From IMG/VR virus record IMGVR_UViG_2706796186_000001, positions 64,001 to 128,000 of that record: a stretch of DNA of 64,000 nucleotides, one strand, 5' to 3'. Both the position numbers and the translations under genes were made by a program. The DNA comes from a virus. Its lineage: Duplodnaviria; Caudoviricetes. The notes under the pieces are model-generated. The model saw nothing but the letters and a program-made list of their open reading frames with translations, searched no databases and was not told the DNA's origin. Positions 1-9,507 of the stretch are shown one piece after another; the first letter of the stretch is position 1; each line of letters opens with the position of its first letter.

Positions 1-165
1 GGATACAGCTCCGGGCTGGAGTACGCACTACAGCAGTACCTGAACAAACAACCGCTTTCCACAAAGCTGGCGCTGGATTTGGCGAAGCAGGTTCACAAGC
101 TGCCGAAGACCGCGCAACTGTATTACGTACCACTGGTGTACGTATTGTTGAAATACGCGAGGTAA
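1..165 (+). CDS. 3' end of an upstream gene (partial), probably a virion protein
   Basis: Frame 1 is open from base 1 to TAA at 163-165 (...TAQLYYVPLVYVLLKYAR*); the next ATG is at 169. Confidence 0.7.
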   Translation, partial: GYSSGLEYALQQYLNKQPLSTKLALDLAKQVHKLPKTAQLYYVPLVYVLLKYAR

Positions 166-168
166 GGC

Positions 169-711
169 ATGAGCACGCAGAACAAGACTGCGGCATTCCA
201 CCTGTTCCATTCGTGGGTCGGGTGGCGTATCCCGGAGTATTCTACCCTGACCGCGTATGCGACGCAGGAGTATGGTTTGTTTCTTCCTGAGGACAAACAG
301 AAAGCCCGTGCTATCCTGTTGAACAAAAAGTTCGTGATGTACCGCCCCTTCGAGATTGCCCAGTATCTGGCAACCGGGGGTGCGTTGGACATTAACGATC
401 CGCAAGACGGGATTAAAGTGTACGGCTGGATAATGGAGCACTTGGCAAACTGGATTAAACACATCGAGACGCCACAGCTGATCCCACAACCTATCCCCAT
501 CGTGGGGCTGCGTGAATTCAACGTGCTCGCCAACAAACTCTTCCCCGTGGCAAACCGTTATGGTTACTTCAAAAAGCCCGAAGCCACCATGGCGGATGCA
601 GTTGCGTCGTTGTTCGGGGAAGTGAAGTTAACGCAGCAACAACACCGGTTTAACGATACGCTGATTAAACGCATCGAAGCCGGGTACCGTAAACGTGGAG
701 GTAATCGGTAA
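169..711 (+). CDS. Hypothetical protein, 180 aa
   Basis: ORF tightly packed between neighbours; TAATG stop/start overlap with the next gene. Confidence 0.8.
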   Translation: MSTQNKTAAFHLFHSWVGWRIPEYSTLTAYATQEYGLFLPEDKQKARAILLNKKFVMYRPFEIAQYLATGGALDINDPQDGIKVYGWIMEHLANWIKHIETPQLIPQPIPIVGLREFNVLANKLFPVANRYGYFKKPEATMADAVASLFGEVKLTQQQHRFNDTLIKRIEAGYRKRGGNR

Positions 712-2015
712 TGGCCTATGGTCGCTTTCAACAGATTGTAAACTACCACATCGCGCAAGCGGCCGGATTGCCTCCCGTCGAGTACAACGCGGTGGTCACC
801 GTGAGAGGGATTCCCCTGACGGTGATTCGTGTGCACTCCCTGATACACTCCGGGAACTTCTTCGAAGACATCACGACCCTGACCCATTTGACGTTGGTGG
901 TGCCGTTCTCGCAGATGCGTATCGCCACCGCAAATTCCGACGGGGACTTAAAGGTGCAGATTACCTTGCGTAGCGCCAACCGCTTACTCGCCACGTACGC
1001 GTATCGCGGTATCGTGGTAAACAACCGTGACCCGGACATGGAAGCCCAAACCATGTTCTCCGGTCAGTCGGATGAGAAAGCGATTGCCTTCGTCACCTTC
1101 GAGCTGATGGATGAGTCCATCTGGTTCTTGCGTCTGCGTAACGTCAAGGTACGTCACCAAGAAACGGACGCCTTAACAGTCGCCCGTGCTATCTTGGCAG
1201 ACACGCTGCCTGACTCGTCCAACGAAGGGGAAGTCTTGTCGCTTGCCTACGAGAAAGAAGAACAGCAACTTTACCGTAACATCATTCTGCCGGACAGCAC
1301 GACCTTTATGGAAGTGTTTGATCAGTTGCAAGAACGTTATGGTATCTACAGCAAAGGGTTGGGTGTCTACCAACATTTGCGACGCTGGTATCTGTATCAA
1401 TTGTGGGACGAGGAGAAGTTCAACACCGCAACCGAGAAGGTGGTCATCTATAACCTTCCCCGCGAAAAGGCAGCCCAGATAGACAAGACCATCCACATCA
1501 CGCCGGGTGTTCTCTACCTGATTACCGGTGGGGACACCACTACCGTCGTGAAGACGGACGAGAACGCCCTGAATCAAGGGACGGGTTACCGTGTCGGTTC
1601 TATCCGTGCATTGGATAACCGTGCGTCTTCGTTTACACCGGGCGGTGTCAGTATGACCACACCAGACAAATTCGTTTCACAAGCTAACCCGGTGGACTAC
1701 GCCGGAAAGGTGACGAATGCGCCGGTGGCCAAACAAGGCTTTACCGACAACGACAAGCCGCTTCGTGCGAAGCTCGCCCGCTCAACCGGCACCTTTATCA
1801 AGGTGACGTGGAACCGCGCTGCACATGGTCTCATTAAGCCGGGGATGGCGGTGAAGTATGTCTATGCCAATGAGTACGGCATTTACAGTCGCTACGGTAC
1901 CGTTGTAGGTGAGGTCTTCCAAGCCGGTCTGGACGGTGGGTCGATTGCTACAGCGAACCACAATACCCAATCAGAACTTACCCTCTGGTTAGGGAAACAA
2001 AAAAATACAGCATAG
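711..2015 (+). CDS. Putative virion structural (baseplate hub-like) protein, 434 aa
   Basis: Long ORF; Q.RYGIY..G.G.Y segment and C-terminal IKPGM.V.Y recall phiKZ-group tail/baseplate proteins; function inferred. Confidence 0.55.
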   Translation: MAYGRFQQIVNYHIAQAAGLPPVEYNAVVTVRGIPLTVIRVHSLIHSGNFFEDITTLTHLTLVVPFSQMRIATANSDGDLKVQITLRSANRLLATYAYRGIVVNNRDPDMEAQTMFSGQSDEKAIAFVTFELMDESIWFLRLRNVKVRHQETDALTVARAILADTLPDSSNEGEVLSLAYEKEEQQLYRNIILPDSTTFMEVFDQLQERYGIYSKGLGVYQHLRRWYLYQLWDEEKFNTATEKVVIYNLPREKAAQIDKTIHITPGVLYLITGGDTTTVVKTDENALNQGTGYRVGSIRALDNRASSFTPGGVSMTTPDKFVSQANPVDYAGKVTNAPVAKQGFTDNDKPLRAKLARSTGTFIKVTWNRAAHGLIKPGMAVKYVYANEYGIYSRYGTVVGEVFQAGLDGGSIATANHNTQSELTLWLGKQKNTA

Positions 2016-2052
2016 TGCCGTTCTATGTTAACGTAACCATAAGGACTTTGTA

Positions 2053-2850
2053 ATGAACTCAGTTTACGCCCTCCGCCTACCTGGACAACTTATCCAGGAG
2101 ATTGAAGCCCACGAACAGAAAAACTTTAGCCGCCCGTCGAACCTGTGGGATCGCATCGTTAAAGTTTTACCGCGTGACGGCGAAATCGCACTGTTGTACG
2201 TCATGGCGTCCAGCCTTGATGCCAACGTGGCTATCATTTATACCCAAAATGGTGTGGAGCAATGTCGTCAGCTGCCGATTAGTGAAAAAGGCTCTCTGGG
2301 CCAACTGCTGTTCCTGCACTGCATGACCACCCTCCCGGTCTGGTCTGCGCTGCGTGGCCAGTACGATTTCGAATACATCTACTTCTACGGCCAGAAGCTG
2401 TCCAACGACATCATCGTTGGTGATCAGTCGACCTACCCGCGTTATGTTGAACGTATCACGCCGCAAGACACCGCTGATGCCGGTGACTACGAATTCAACA
2501 TGTTCCGCTTCCAGTTGGTCGGTGAATCCCGTGACCCGCAGAACACCGTGGCCCTTCGCGCTGCGATTCGTTGTGTGGCTCGCTCAACTACCCGTGAGCT
2601 GTCAACCAACATCAACGAAATCTTCCCGGTGCTGCAATACGGCCCGCTGATCACGTTCAACTCCTACGTGCCATTCCCGTGCCAGATTCTGACGCCGTAC
2701 GATAACGAGTGCACACTCGGTGCGGCGAAAGAATACGGTCTGCATGCGCAGGACGCTGTGATTGCCATCAGTGATGAACGTATTGTCATCAACGCACTGC
2801 AAGGTGTACAGGCCATGGACGTTCCGCCAATGACCGTGATGGGGCAATAA
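2053..2850 (+). CDS. Hypothetical protein, 265 aa
   Basis: AAGGA SD at 2041, phage-typical codon use, followed by a hairpin. Confidence 0.8.
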   Translation: MNSVYALRLPGQLIQEIEAHEQKNFSRPSNLWDRIVKVLPRDGEIALLYVMASSLDANVAIIYTQNGVEQCRQLPISEKGSLGQLLFLHCMTTLPVWSALRGQYDFEYIYFYGQKLSNDIIVGDQSTYPRYVERITPQDTADAGDYEFNMFRFQLVGESRDPQNTVALRAAIRCVARSTTRELSTNINEIFPVLQYGPLITFNSYVPFPCQILTPYDNECTLGAAKEYGLHAQDAVIAISDERIVINALQGVQAMDVPPMTVMGQ

Positions 2851-2860
2851 AGAATAAGAA

Positions 2861-2899
2861 GCTGACCTCCTTGTGAGGTCAGCACTTTCTATTTCTTTC
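2861..2899 (+). terminator. Intrinsic terminator
   Basis: GCTGACCTC-cttgt-GAGGTCAGC followed by a pyrimidine-rich tract. Confidence 0.65.
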
Positions 2900-3017
2900 T
2901 CTAAACAGAGAAACAACAGGACAACATCATTTATCGTTTATTGTAATAAAAACGCTCTACGTGCGTTACAGAGCGTTTAAATGCCATATCTGGCTCACTC
3001 GTAGTAAAAATAATCTC

Positions 3018-3038
3018 AGATATATATTACCTAGGTGA
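3018..3038 (+). promoter_or_regulatory. Putative phage early promoter (TATATTAC class)
   Basis: AGATATATATTACCTAGGTGA; 29 bp (3016-3044) are identical to 50565-50593; contains TATATTAC, the phiKZ early-promoter core. Confidence 0.75.
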
Positions 3039-3083
3039 GAGTTGTACAATAATCCTTAACTAATTACATATCTGGAGATACCT

Positions 3084-3263
3084 ATGAATACTTTAGAACG
3101 TATGGCTGCTGCACGTAAAGCTCGCATGTCCGAAAACAACCCACACGGTTATCAGTCAGAACAACTGCGCCACTCCGATGCAGTTCTGACTCGCAGCATT
3201 AACGAAGGCAAGAAAGTTGACGATGTACTGGCCAGCGCCATGGACCGTCTGAACAAATTCTAA
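3084..3263 (+). CDS. Small early protein, 59 aa (absent from the ORF track)
   Basis: GGAG SD; MNTLERMAAARKARMSENNPHG...AMDRLNKF*; directly downstream of the promoter motif. Confidence 0.8.
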   Translation: MNTLERMAAARKARMSENNPHGYQSEQLRHSDAVLTRSINEGKKVDDVLASAMDRLNKF

Positions 3264-3299
3264 TTCTACCATCTCTAATCGACTATCGAGGACTACATC

Positions 3300-3437
3300 A
3301 TGTTCAAACACAAACGCGCTATCCTGACCATCGTTGCAATCATGGCCTTCGGTTCACTGTACTTATCTGTTTCTACTGACTACGACACCTGCCGCGCTAA
3401 CGGAAACTCCGTTAATCTGTGCACCGGTCGTGGTTAA
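3300..3437 (+). CDS. Small membrane/exported protein, 45 aa (absent from the ORF track)
   Basis: GAGGA SD; MFKHKRAILTIVAIMAFGSLYLSVSTDYDTCRANGNSVNLCTGRG*; basic N-terminus, hydrophobic helix, two Cys; terminator follows. Confidence 0.75.
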   Translation: MFKHKRAILTIVAIMAFGSLYLSVSTDYDTCRANGNSVNLCTGRG

Positions 3438-3443
3438 TCCAAT

Positions 3444-3472
3444 AGGTAGCCTTCGGGCTACCTTAATTTTTT
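3444..3472 (+). terminator. Intrinsic terminator, UUCG loop
   Basis: AGGTAGCC-TTCG-GGCTACCT plus T-run. Confidence 0.85.
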
Positions 3473-3493
3473 GTTTACACAAGGACTATCAAG

Positions 3494-4210
3494 ATGACCC
3501 TGTTATTGAATCGCTTCGACCTGTCACCCCGTTACCCAACTTTACGTCATGACCCTAAACTGATTGCCGAAGTGGAAGACATTCGCTTGGCGGTATCCGA
3601 AGACCCGAACGGCGAAGACAAGATTTTCGTGGTCATTTATAAAGGTCAGGTTATCTCTGGCGTCTCTTTCAGTAAGCCCAGTTATCCGCGTGATGAAGAC
3701 AACCAACGTGAGCAACGTAACGCGGCATACACTGCGCTGAGTTATGCCTCATCCCACCTGATGGCAGTTACCCCCATCTTTGCAGAGCGTGCGGTGCTGG
3801 TAGGTCAGATGGTCGCGTTGTACACCCTGACTAACATGGACGAATTCTACAACGACGATCGTATTACGCAACGCCTGCAAGAAGACCCACGTAAAGCCCA
3901 CAACGCCTCTGACTGCAAGCTCGATGCCTTAGCGCTGTTGTCTGAGCTGTATCACGTTTGCCCCACCTTTGACAATAACGGCATCGTTGCCCAGTACGAA
4001 AACGTCAAACTGAACGTACTGACCTTGTGGGGAATTGAAAAGATTCGCTACAAGCTGACCGCCAAAGGTGGCACGTACGAACTGACTGCATATGTCGATG
4101 TCGGCTTCGAAGAAGACAGCCGCGACACGGTTGACAATTTTATGTCGCAGTTTGAGTTCCCGCTGCAATCCATCCCTGTTGACCAGAAAGAAGAAGGAGA
4201 AGACGAATAA
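3494..4210 (+). CDS. Hypothetical protein, 238 aa
   Basis: AAGGA SD; acidic tail; overlaps the next start. Confidence 0.8.
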   Translation: MTLLLNRFDLSPRYPTLRHDPKLIAEVEDIRLAVSEDPNGEDKIFVVIYKGQVISGVSFSKPSYPRDEDNQREQRNAAYTALSYASSHLMAVTPIFAERAVLVGQMVALYTLTNMDEFYNDDRITQRLQEDPRKAHNASDCKLDALALLSELYHVCPTFDNNGIVAQYENVKLNVLTLWGIEKIRYKLTAKGGTYELTAYVDVGFEEDSRDTVDNFMSQFEFPLQSIPVDQKEEGEDE

Positions 4211-4602
4211 TGCGAAAGAGTCGTCTGTTACTGGCGTTAAAGTTTTTGTTTAAAGGTAACATTTTTAAGTGTCGTCACCGTATGGGACGTGTGAAGGATT
4301 TCCTGTACGGCCCAAAGAAATACCACCTCACAGAGCCACGTTGCCTGTGGGATGAGACACTCGACCACAAGTTCCGTGTGGTACGCTACCGCAGGGTATA
4401 CTGCTGGTACGGAAGACTCTACTCACCATTTCGTCGGACTCACCACAAAGGTCTGGAGTTGGAAAACGGGGTCATCGTGCCCCATGAAACCATCGCAGAT
4501 TATCTGGCAGCCCTGAAAAAGGCTGATGTAGTGTTTCCGCAATTAGTTGCGAACCTGAGAAAGGCGACCGACGAGTTGTGTAATTCACGCATCGAAGCCT
4601 AG
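4210..4602 (+). CDS. Hypothetical basic protein, 130 aa
   Basis: TAATG coupling to the upstream gene; terminator follows. Confidence 0.7.
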   Translation: MRKSRLLLALKFLFKGNIFKCRHRMGRVKDFLYGPKKYHLTEPRCLWDETLDHKFRVVRYRRVYCWYGRLYSPFRRTHHKGLELENGVIVPHETIADYLAALKKADVVFPQLVANLRKATDELCNSRIEA

Positions 4603-4607
4603 TTGTA

Positions 4608-4646
4608 CCCCCAATCTCTTCGGAGGTTGGGGTCTTTATTTATTTT
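4608..4646 (+). terminator. Intrinsic terminator, UUCG loop
   Basis: CCCCAATCTC-TTCG-GAGGTTGGGG plus T-rich tract. Confidence 0.75.
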
Positions 4647-4716
4647 CGCAAAGAAAATAAAAGTCGGTTACTCCCCCGGCAAGGAGAGTAACCTTAATCA
4701 CATTGGAGTGACCAAT

Positions 4717-4860
4717 ATGAACAACTTTGTAAACCACTTACTGGCGCAAAAGAAGCGCACTGAGCAATACAACCAACGTGTGGCCGAGGTGCAACGCGCC
4801 CCAGCGCCGCGCTCACGGCTTAAAGGCTTAGGGGGTGAAATAGTATTCACTAAACGGTAA
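4717..4860 (+). CDS. Small hypothetical protein, 47 aa
   Basis: GGAG SD before ATG 4717 (MNNFVNHLLAQKKR...); the track start at 4603 would run through a terminator. Confidence 0.5.
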   Translation: MNNFVNHLLAQKKRTEQYNQRVAEVQRAPAPRSRLKGLGGEIVFTKR

Positions 4861-4995
4861 TTGATAAGATAACTAACCTAGCCGGTGTTACAGCACCGGC
4901 TAGTAATCCCACCATAGTAAGACGCTTATTTTTTTTGTCTCGGCAGGACACATAACTGCCCCTGCTGGAGACCGAAGTCTCCAGCTGAGTTAGGC

Positions 4996-6561
4996 TCAGA
5001 ATAAATCGTCGCCCATGCCACCGGTAAAGTGGTTGATAGAGGATGCCGTCACGGTCATCTCTTTGTCGCAATCCCAAGGTAGGATGCCAACGTCTGCAAA
5101 CGGTATAACAGTGTAATGATGTTTCTCATTGGTATCAATGATGGTACGGTGTTTACCACGTTGCACTTCTAAGAAGCTGTGACCGTTGACCACACGCTTG
5201 TTGAAGTACACCTCACCATCGGCTTCGTTATCCAGACTCGTACAGTTATCGTACAAGCCACGACCGGGCAGGTTCTTACAGAAGCCAACCGGGTCTACCG
5301 CTTTCAGACGTTTCCCTTCTGGAGAAATCTGGTGCGGTGCTAACAGGAAACCGTGGTTACGCACGACCTGAATGTTTCGGGCCATACGGTAAATCTCTTT
5401 GATGTCACTGCCTGCAATCCCGTTACCGTGTCCCGCTTTGTTGATGGTGCCAAGGTAGTCGGCACGAATCCCAACAACGTGGAAGCCGTCACGTTTGTAG
5501 TCAGTGATAAGGTCGTTCAGGTAATGCACTTTGAAATCGGTGTTCGTGTGTTTCTCAAACGAGTATTCCCACCCGTTCGCACGAATCTTACCAATCAGAT
5601 AATCAGCCATTTGCTGAACATGAGCAGCACGTTCTTCATCGGTGGCCGTCTCAGGCAGGGTCATTACCGGTGCAGCACCTTCAAAGTGACCGTAGATAGC
5701 CTGATAAGCGTAAGCGATGTTCACGTCCAGTTCGTTCTCAAGACTCAAGTCCAGAATCAATGGAGCCAAGTTACCTTTTACGTTCGCCATGACTTTTTCC
5801 GGTGTGTTAAACAACGGAACCGAGATAGCGGTCAAGAGACTAAACAGAGACTTACAGTTAAATGGCAGCGCAGGCATGAGCCACAATTCTTCGGTAATCC
5901 CTTTGTTACACCCCATCATTTGATTGATGGCTTTCCAACCGGTCTTCAAACCGTTACCGGCAACCTTACGGTTAATGTCGCTGAACGTCTTCACAAACGG
6001 TGCTCGGTCTGTGGTAATCAGCTTGTTCACCTGTGAAGGAATCTTATTATGAGAACGTTCACCGAACGTGGCCATCGATCCCGTCAGATCTTTCAGCGCT
6101 GTCTGGAGGTCAACGCGGGTTTCTGTTCCGTTCAACACGCCGAGTGTACGACCAAGGTATTGCTTTAACTGCACGCCTTGGATTGCCTGACGCAATTGGA
6201 AATAATATTGGGAGAGGGTTTTGTTCAGATAGTCGATACGTTCTTCTTCGGCTTCCGGCAATTCCTCAGCATCCATGAATTTCACAATCACATCGTATAG
6301 AGGGCGTGTTTGCGTGGTTGCCAGTTTCAAGCGCTTCATGACATTGGTGTGGTTGTATTCCATACCACCGTCGATGACTGATGTTATAATGTCTTTGATT
6401 TCAGCTAATGCCGAGCGCTCGTCACCTTCTTCGACGTAATCGGGGAGCTTGACCTCGTGGAGCACTTTTCTTATGACGTCATGATCTTTATCGGGCTCAG
6501 ACAGAAGGCTCTCTGCGTATAAGGCGGCTAAGGCTGTTATCAACATCATTTTACTATTCAT
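4996..6561 (-). CDS. DnaB-like replicative helicase (phiKZ-group type)
   Basis: LKTGWKAINQM, variant P-loop ALPFNCKS, LSLEN, ADYL, PHQIS, EAD and QRGKHR SF4 motifs; divergent from the capsid operon. Confidence 0.85.
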   Translation of the reverse strand: MNSKMMLITALAALYAESLLSEPDKDHDVIRKVLHEVKLPDYVEEGDERSALAEIKDIITSVIDGGMEYNHTNVMKRLKLATTQTRPLYDVIVKFMDAEELPEAEEERIDYLNKTLSQYYFQLRQAIQGVQLKQYLGRTLGVLNGTETRVDLQTALKDLTGSMATFGERSHNKIPSQVNKLITTDRAPFVKTFSDINRKVAGNGLKTGWKAINQMMGCNKGITEELWLMPALPFNCKSLFSLLTAISVPLFNTPEKVMANVKGNLAPLILDLSLENELDVNIAYAYQAIYGHFEGAAPVMTLPETATDEERAAHVQQMADYLIGKIRANGWEYSFEKHTNTDFKVHYLNDLITDYKRDGFHVVGIRADYLGTINKAGHGNGIAGSDIKEIYRMARNIQVVRNHGFLLAPHQISPEGKRLKAVDPVGFCKNLPGRGLYDNCTSLDNEADGEVYFNKRVVNGHSFLEVQRGKHRTIIDTNEKHHYTVIPFADVGILPWDCDKEMTVTASSINHFTGGMGDDLF

Positions 6562-6574
6562 GGAGCATCCTTCA

Positions 6575-7114
6575 ATGCGAATTCGTTTTAGCCCTGCATG
6601 GGAAGTTCAACCTAACATAGATAAAGTAGCCAGCGTTAAAAAGTTGGAATTACTCCAACCGCTGTTCTTTAACTGGTTATATGACTGTGCTCCTGTTGCA
6701 TTCAGTTCAAAGCTGTTGCCGGACTGCTCGCGTGAAACCATCTACAAATCGTTGATGGCACCTCCGCTGCTTCCAGTTAAATATTATGACCAGGTGTTTG
6801 ACTTGGTTAGACAAGGTTCGAAAGAGTCCCTTTCCGATTTATATGGGGAAGCTTTCACCGAACAGTTACGCTGGGCTTTTGTCCAACGTAACGATGTTAT
6901 AGTGGCGTCTCTAGTTGAAGCGAAGGCCGGACATCCGGGTTTCACCCTCAGCGACGAACGCGCCGCGAAAAAGACGTTCTGCGCAGAACTTTTTAAATAT
7001 GTGCGTACCAAGACTCGCGTCGTGGATGATTCATTCAGCACGTCTACGCAGTTTGCTGCTCATGAAGTGCTGACGCAACTCTACGCATGTCATTTATCAC
7101 ACAAGGTAACTTGA
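6575..7114 (+). CDS. Conserved protein preceding the major capsid gene (probable virion protein)
   Basis: GGAG SD before ATG 6575 (MRIRF...); the alternative ATG 6560 overlaps the helicase start. Confidence 0.7.
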   Translation: MRIRFSPAWEVQPNIDKVASVKKLELLQPLFFNWLYDCAPVAFSSKLLPDCSRETIYKSLMAPPLLPVKYYDQVFDLVRQGSKESLSDLYGEAFTEQLRWAFVQRNDVIVASLVEAKAGHPGFTLSDERAAKKTFCAELFKYVRTKTRVVDDSFSTSTQFAAHEVLTQLYACHLSHKVT

Positions 7115-7115
7115 A

Positions 7116-9437
7116 ATGAAAGAAACTCGAATCTCCAATCTGGAGCGACTGATTGAGCAAGGCAACACTCTGGTTGCTAACTCAGCAGTTGGCACCACCA
7201 CTGCGGATCTGTGGAAAACTGTTGCAGTTGGCGAATCTGTTCGTAGTAACGCACATGCATTCTCTACCGCTGTAAATAGCGCTGGGCAGGCGTATGCTGC
7301 TGTATACGGCGGTAAGCCAATGTCGCACGCGGCACAGGTTGCTTCTGCCATGATTCTTTCTGCCATGGGCAACGAAGAAGAGTTCATGTCCAAGCCTGCT
7401 CGCGAATCTTCCGACAAGCGCTGGAACAACTACATGGAAGTTGCCATCCCTGGCCAAGCTTCCCTGAACGCTGACTACGGTAAAACACCGCTGGTTGCGA
7501 CTGAATACTACACCAACAAAGATCTGGACAAAAACCTGGGTCTGACTTGGACTCTGAACGTCCGCGCGCTGGAAACCCAGTCTGCGTTCGCTGAGAAACT
7601 GTTCCCGACCATCACTGTTGACACCAACGACGTTGGTATCACCGTGCGTACCAAAATCACCACCGTAACCCGTGGTATTCTGAACGCGCTGCTGGCGAAA
7701 GACAGCGTCATCGACGATCGTAAACCGCTGCACAACGCACTGACCGACCACACCGTACTGCAAGACGATGCTATCCGCATCGTGCCGTACGTGATGGAAG
7801 ACGGCGACAACGCCGAATACTTCGTGAGCGATGACATCATCGAAAACGAAACTGTGCGTCTGGGCCGTGTGCCGCCGTACCCGACTAACTATCTGGACAT
7901 CAGCAAGCTGAAAGGCAACCTGTTCCGTCTGGCAGCGCATCCGGGTATCGTAGCTGAAGGTTACGACGAAACTGACGAAATCGCACCGGGTGCTGCACTG
8001 GGCTCGCTGCTGGTTTCTGTCCGTAAGCCGGGCGACGATGTGAAGGCTGGTAAGAAAATCATCCTGAACACTCGCGACATGCAGTTTGCAAGCTTCCAGC
8101 GTCCTCCTGAAGGTGACGGTCGTGAGCTGGTCCTCCAGTTCCGTCGTACTCAGTTCGCGCTGAACGGCGACTCTCTGGATTACAAAGGCGATGACATCCC
8201 TGCGCTGTCTGCCCTGAAACAGAGCAAGTACACCCTGCGCTACGTGATCAACATCACCATGAGCCTGTTCACCAACGGTCAGCGCTCCGGCCAGTACGAA
8301 ATCAGCGGTGCCAACCTGTCTATTGAAGACCTGGTTGATGCAACTGGTGCAGAAGTGTCGATGGATTCCGGTATCGGTAAAACCATCATGGACAACCTGA
8401 AAATCGAACTGCTGGGCTGGCGCTTCGACGGTACTCGTACCAACGAGAACCGGAGAACTCAGGGCCTGCTGCTGGACCCGGTCTGGGAACAAGAGAACTA
8501 CAAGCTGCAATACGGTTCTCCGATCATGACCAAACAGCCGGTTGGCGTTGAATACGACGACGCTGAACGTCTGGATGACCTGGTGTCTGCGGTTAACATC
8601 CGTAACGAAATGCTGGCCATCACGCAGACCCTGTCTTACACCGATGCGGTTAAGCAGGCGAAAGCAACTATGGTTACACAGTGGGATAAAACTGCTATCC
8701 GCGGTCTGGGTCGCCACTGGGTTGCTCCGTGGTACGAAGAAGTTGACTTCAACGTTGACAAAATCGTCCAGTCTCTGGAAACCAAAGACGCGCTGATCAA
8801 CGCCCGTCAGGCGCTGCTGCAACGTATCGCTGACCAGGTAACTCGTGCTATCCAGGATAGCCGTTACATGCCTGCTCTGCGTCTGTTGACTGCAAACCCG
8901 CAAGCTGTACCGAAAGTTGTGATTGCAACTGACGAACCTACTGCTGCAATGCTGCTGCTGCAAGTTGGTGAAACTCGCCTGCTGGGCGACCGTTACGACT
9001 ACGAAGTTGTGACCACCAACGATGACCGCTGGCGCATCAAGAACGAGGCTGACGGTTCTTGGACTCGTCGCCTGCAATGGGTTCTGAAAGTTGACGGTGT
9101 TGAAGAAGGTTCTTACTGTGTTCTGAACTGGGGTAACCACTTCTGGTCTCCGATCATGGTAACCAACATCAACATCCAGCGTAACGGTTCTACCAGCAAA
9201 GAACTTGCTGTGCAGCCTCGTAACGCGCACATCTGCCACTGCCCGATCACTGGTCTGATCTGGGTTAAAGGTATCACCAAACTGGTTGAGCAGAAACTGG
9301 CTTACAACGTTGTTACCACTCAGAGTGGCGACGGCGCAACCGCAGGCGGCAACGCAGGCGATGTAGCTGGTGATGCTGGTACCGCTGGTGTTACCACTCA
9401 GAGCGCCGGTACTTCTACCACTGCTCCGAAAAGCTAA
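7116..9437 (+). CDS. Major capsid protein precursor
   Basis: 773 aa, extreme codon bias; FAEKLFPTI, VVIATD and ELAVQPR motifs of phiKZ-group capsids; ATE ends at residue 130 (AxE prohead-protease site); strong terminator after. Confidence 0.9.
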   Translation: MKETRISNLERLIEQGNTLVANSAVGTTTADLWKTVAVGESVRSNAHAFSTAVNSAGQAYAAVYGGKPMSHAAQVASAMILSAMGNEEEFMSKPARESSDKRWNNYMEVAIPGQASLNADYGKTPLVATEYYTNKDLDKNLGLTWTLNVRALETQSAFAEKLFPTITVDTNDVGITVRTKITTVTRGILNALLAKDSVIDDRKPLHNALTDHTVLQDDAIRIVPYVMEDGDNAEYFVSDDIIENETVRLGRVPPYPTNYLDISKLKGNLFRLAAHPGIVAEGYDETDEIAPGAALGSLLVSVRKPGDDVKAGKKIILNTRDMQFASFQRPPEGDGRELVLQFRRTQFALNGDSLDYKGDDIPALSALKQSKYTLRYVINITMSLFTNGQRSGQYEISGANLSIEDLVDATGAEVSMDSGIGKTIMDNLKIELLGWRFDGTRTNENRRTQGLLLDPVWEQENYKLQYGSPIMTKQPVGVEYDDAERLDDLVSAVNIRNEMLAITQTLSYTDAVKQAKATMVTQWDKTAIRGLGRHWVAPWYEEVDFNVDKIVQSLETKDALINARQALLQRIADQVTRAIQDSRYMPALRLLTANPQAVPKVVIATDEPTAAMLLLQVGETRLLGDRYDYEVVTTNDDRWRIKNEADGSWTRRLQWVLKVDGVEEGSYCVLNWGNHFWSPIMVTNINIQRNGSTSKELAVQPRNAHICHCPITGLIWVKGITKLVEQKLAYNVVTTQSGDGATAGGNAGDVAGDAGTAGVTTQSAGTSTTAPKS

Positions 9438-9458
9438 GCCTTAGGCTAACGCGGAATA

Positions 9459-9493
9459 CCCTACTCCTTCGGGAGTAGGGTTTTTCTTTTTTT
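9459..9493 (+). terminator. Intrinsic terminator, repeated family
   Basis: CCCTACTCC-TTCG-GGAGTAGGG plus T-run; same hairpin at 38108 and 50506. Confidence 0.9.
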
Positions 9494-9507
9494 GTCTAAA
9501 TTTTTTG

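Noticed and set aside
3334-3552. Track ORF of 72 aa
   Set aside because: Crosses a terminator; the frame starting at ATG 3300 has an SD and better codon use
7182-9239. 685-aa antisense ORF opposite the major capsid gene
   Set aside because: Codon-aligned shadow of a highly biased gene (few TTA, CTA or TCA codons means few antisense stops); no SD and atypical composition
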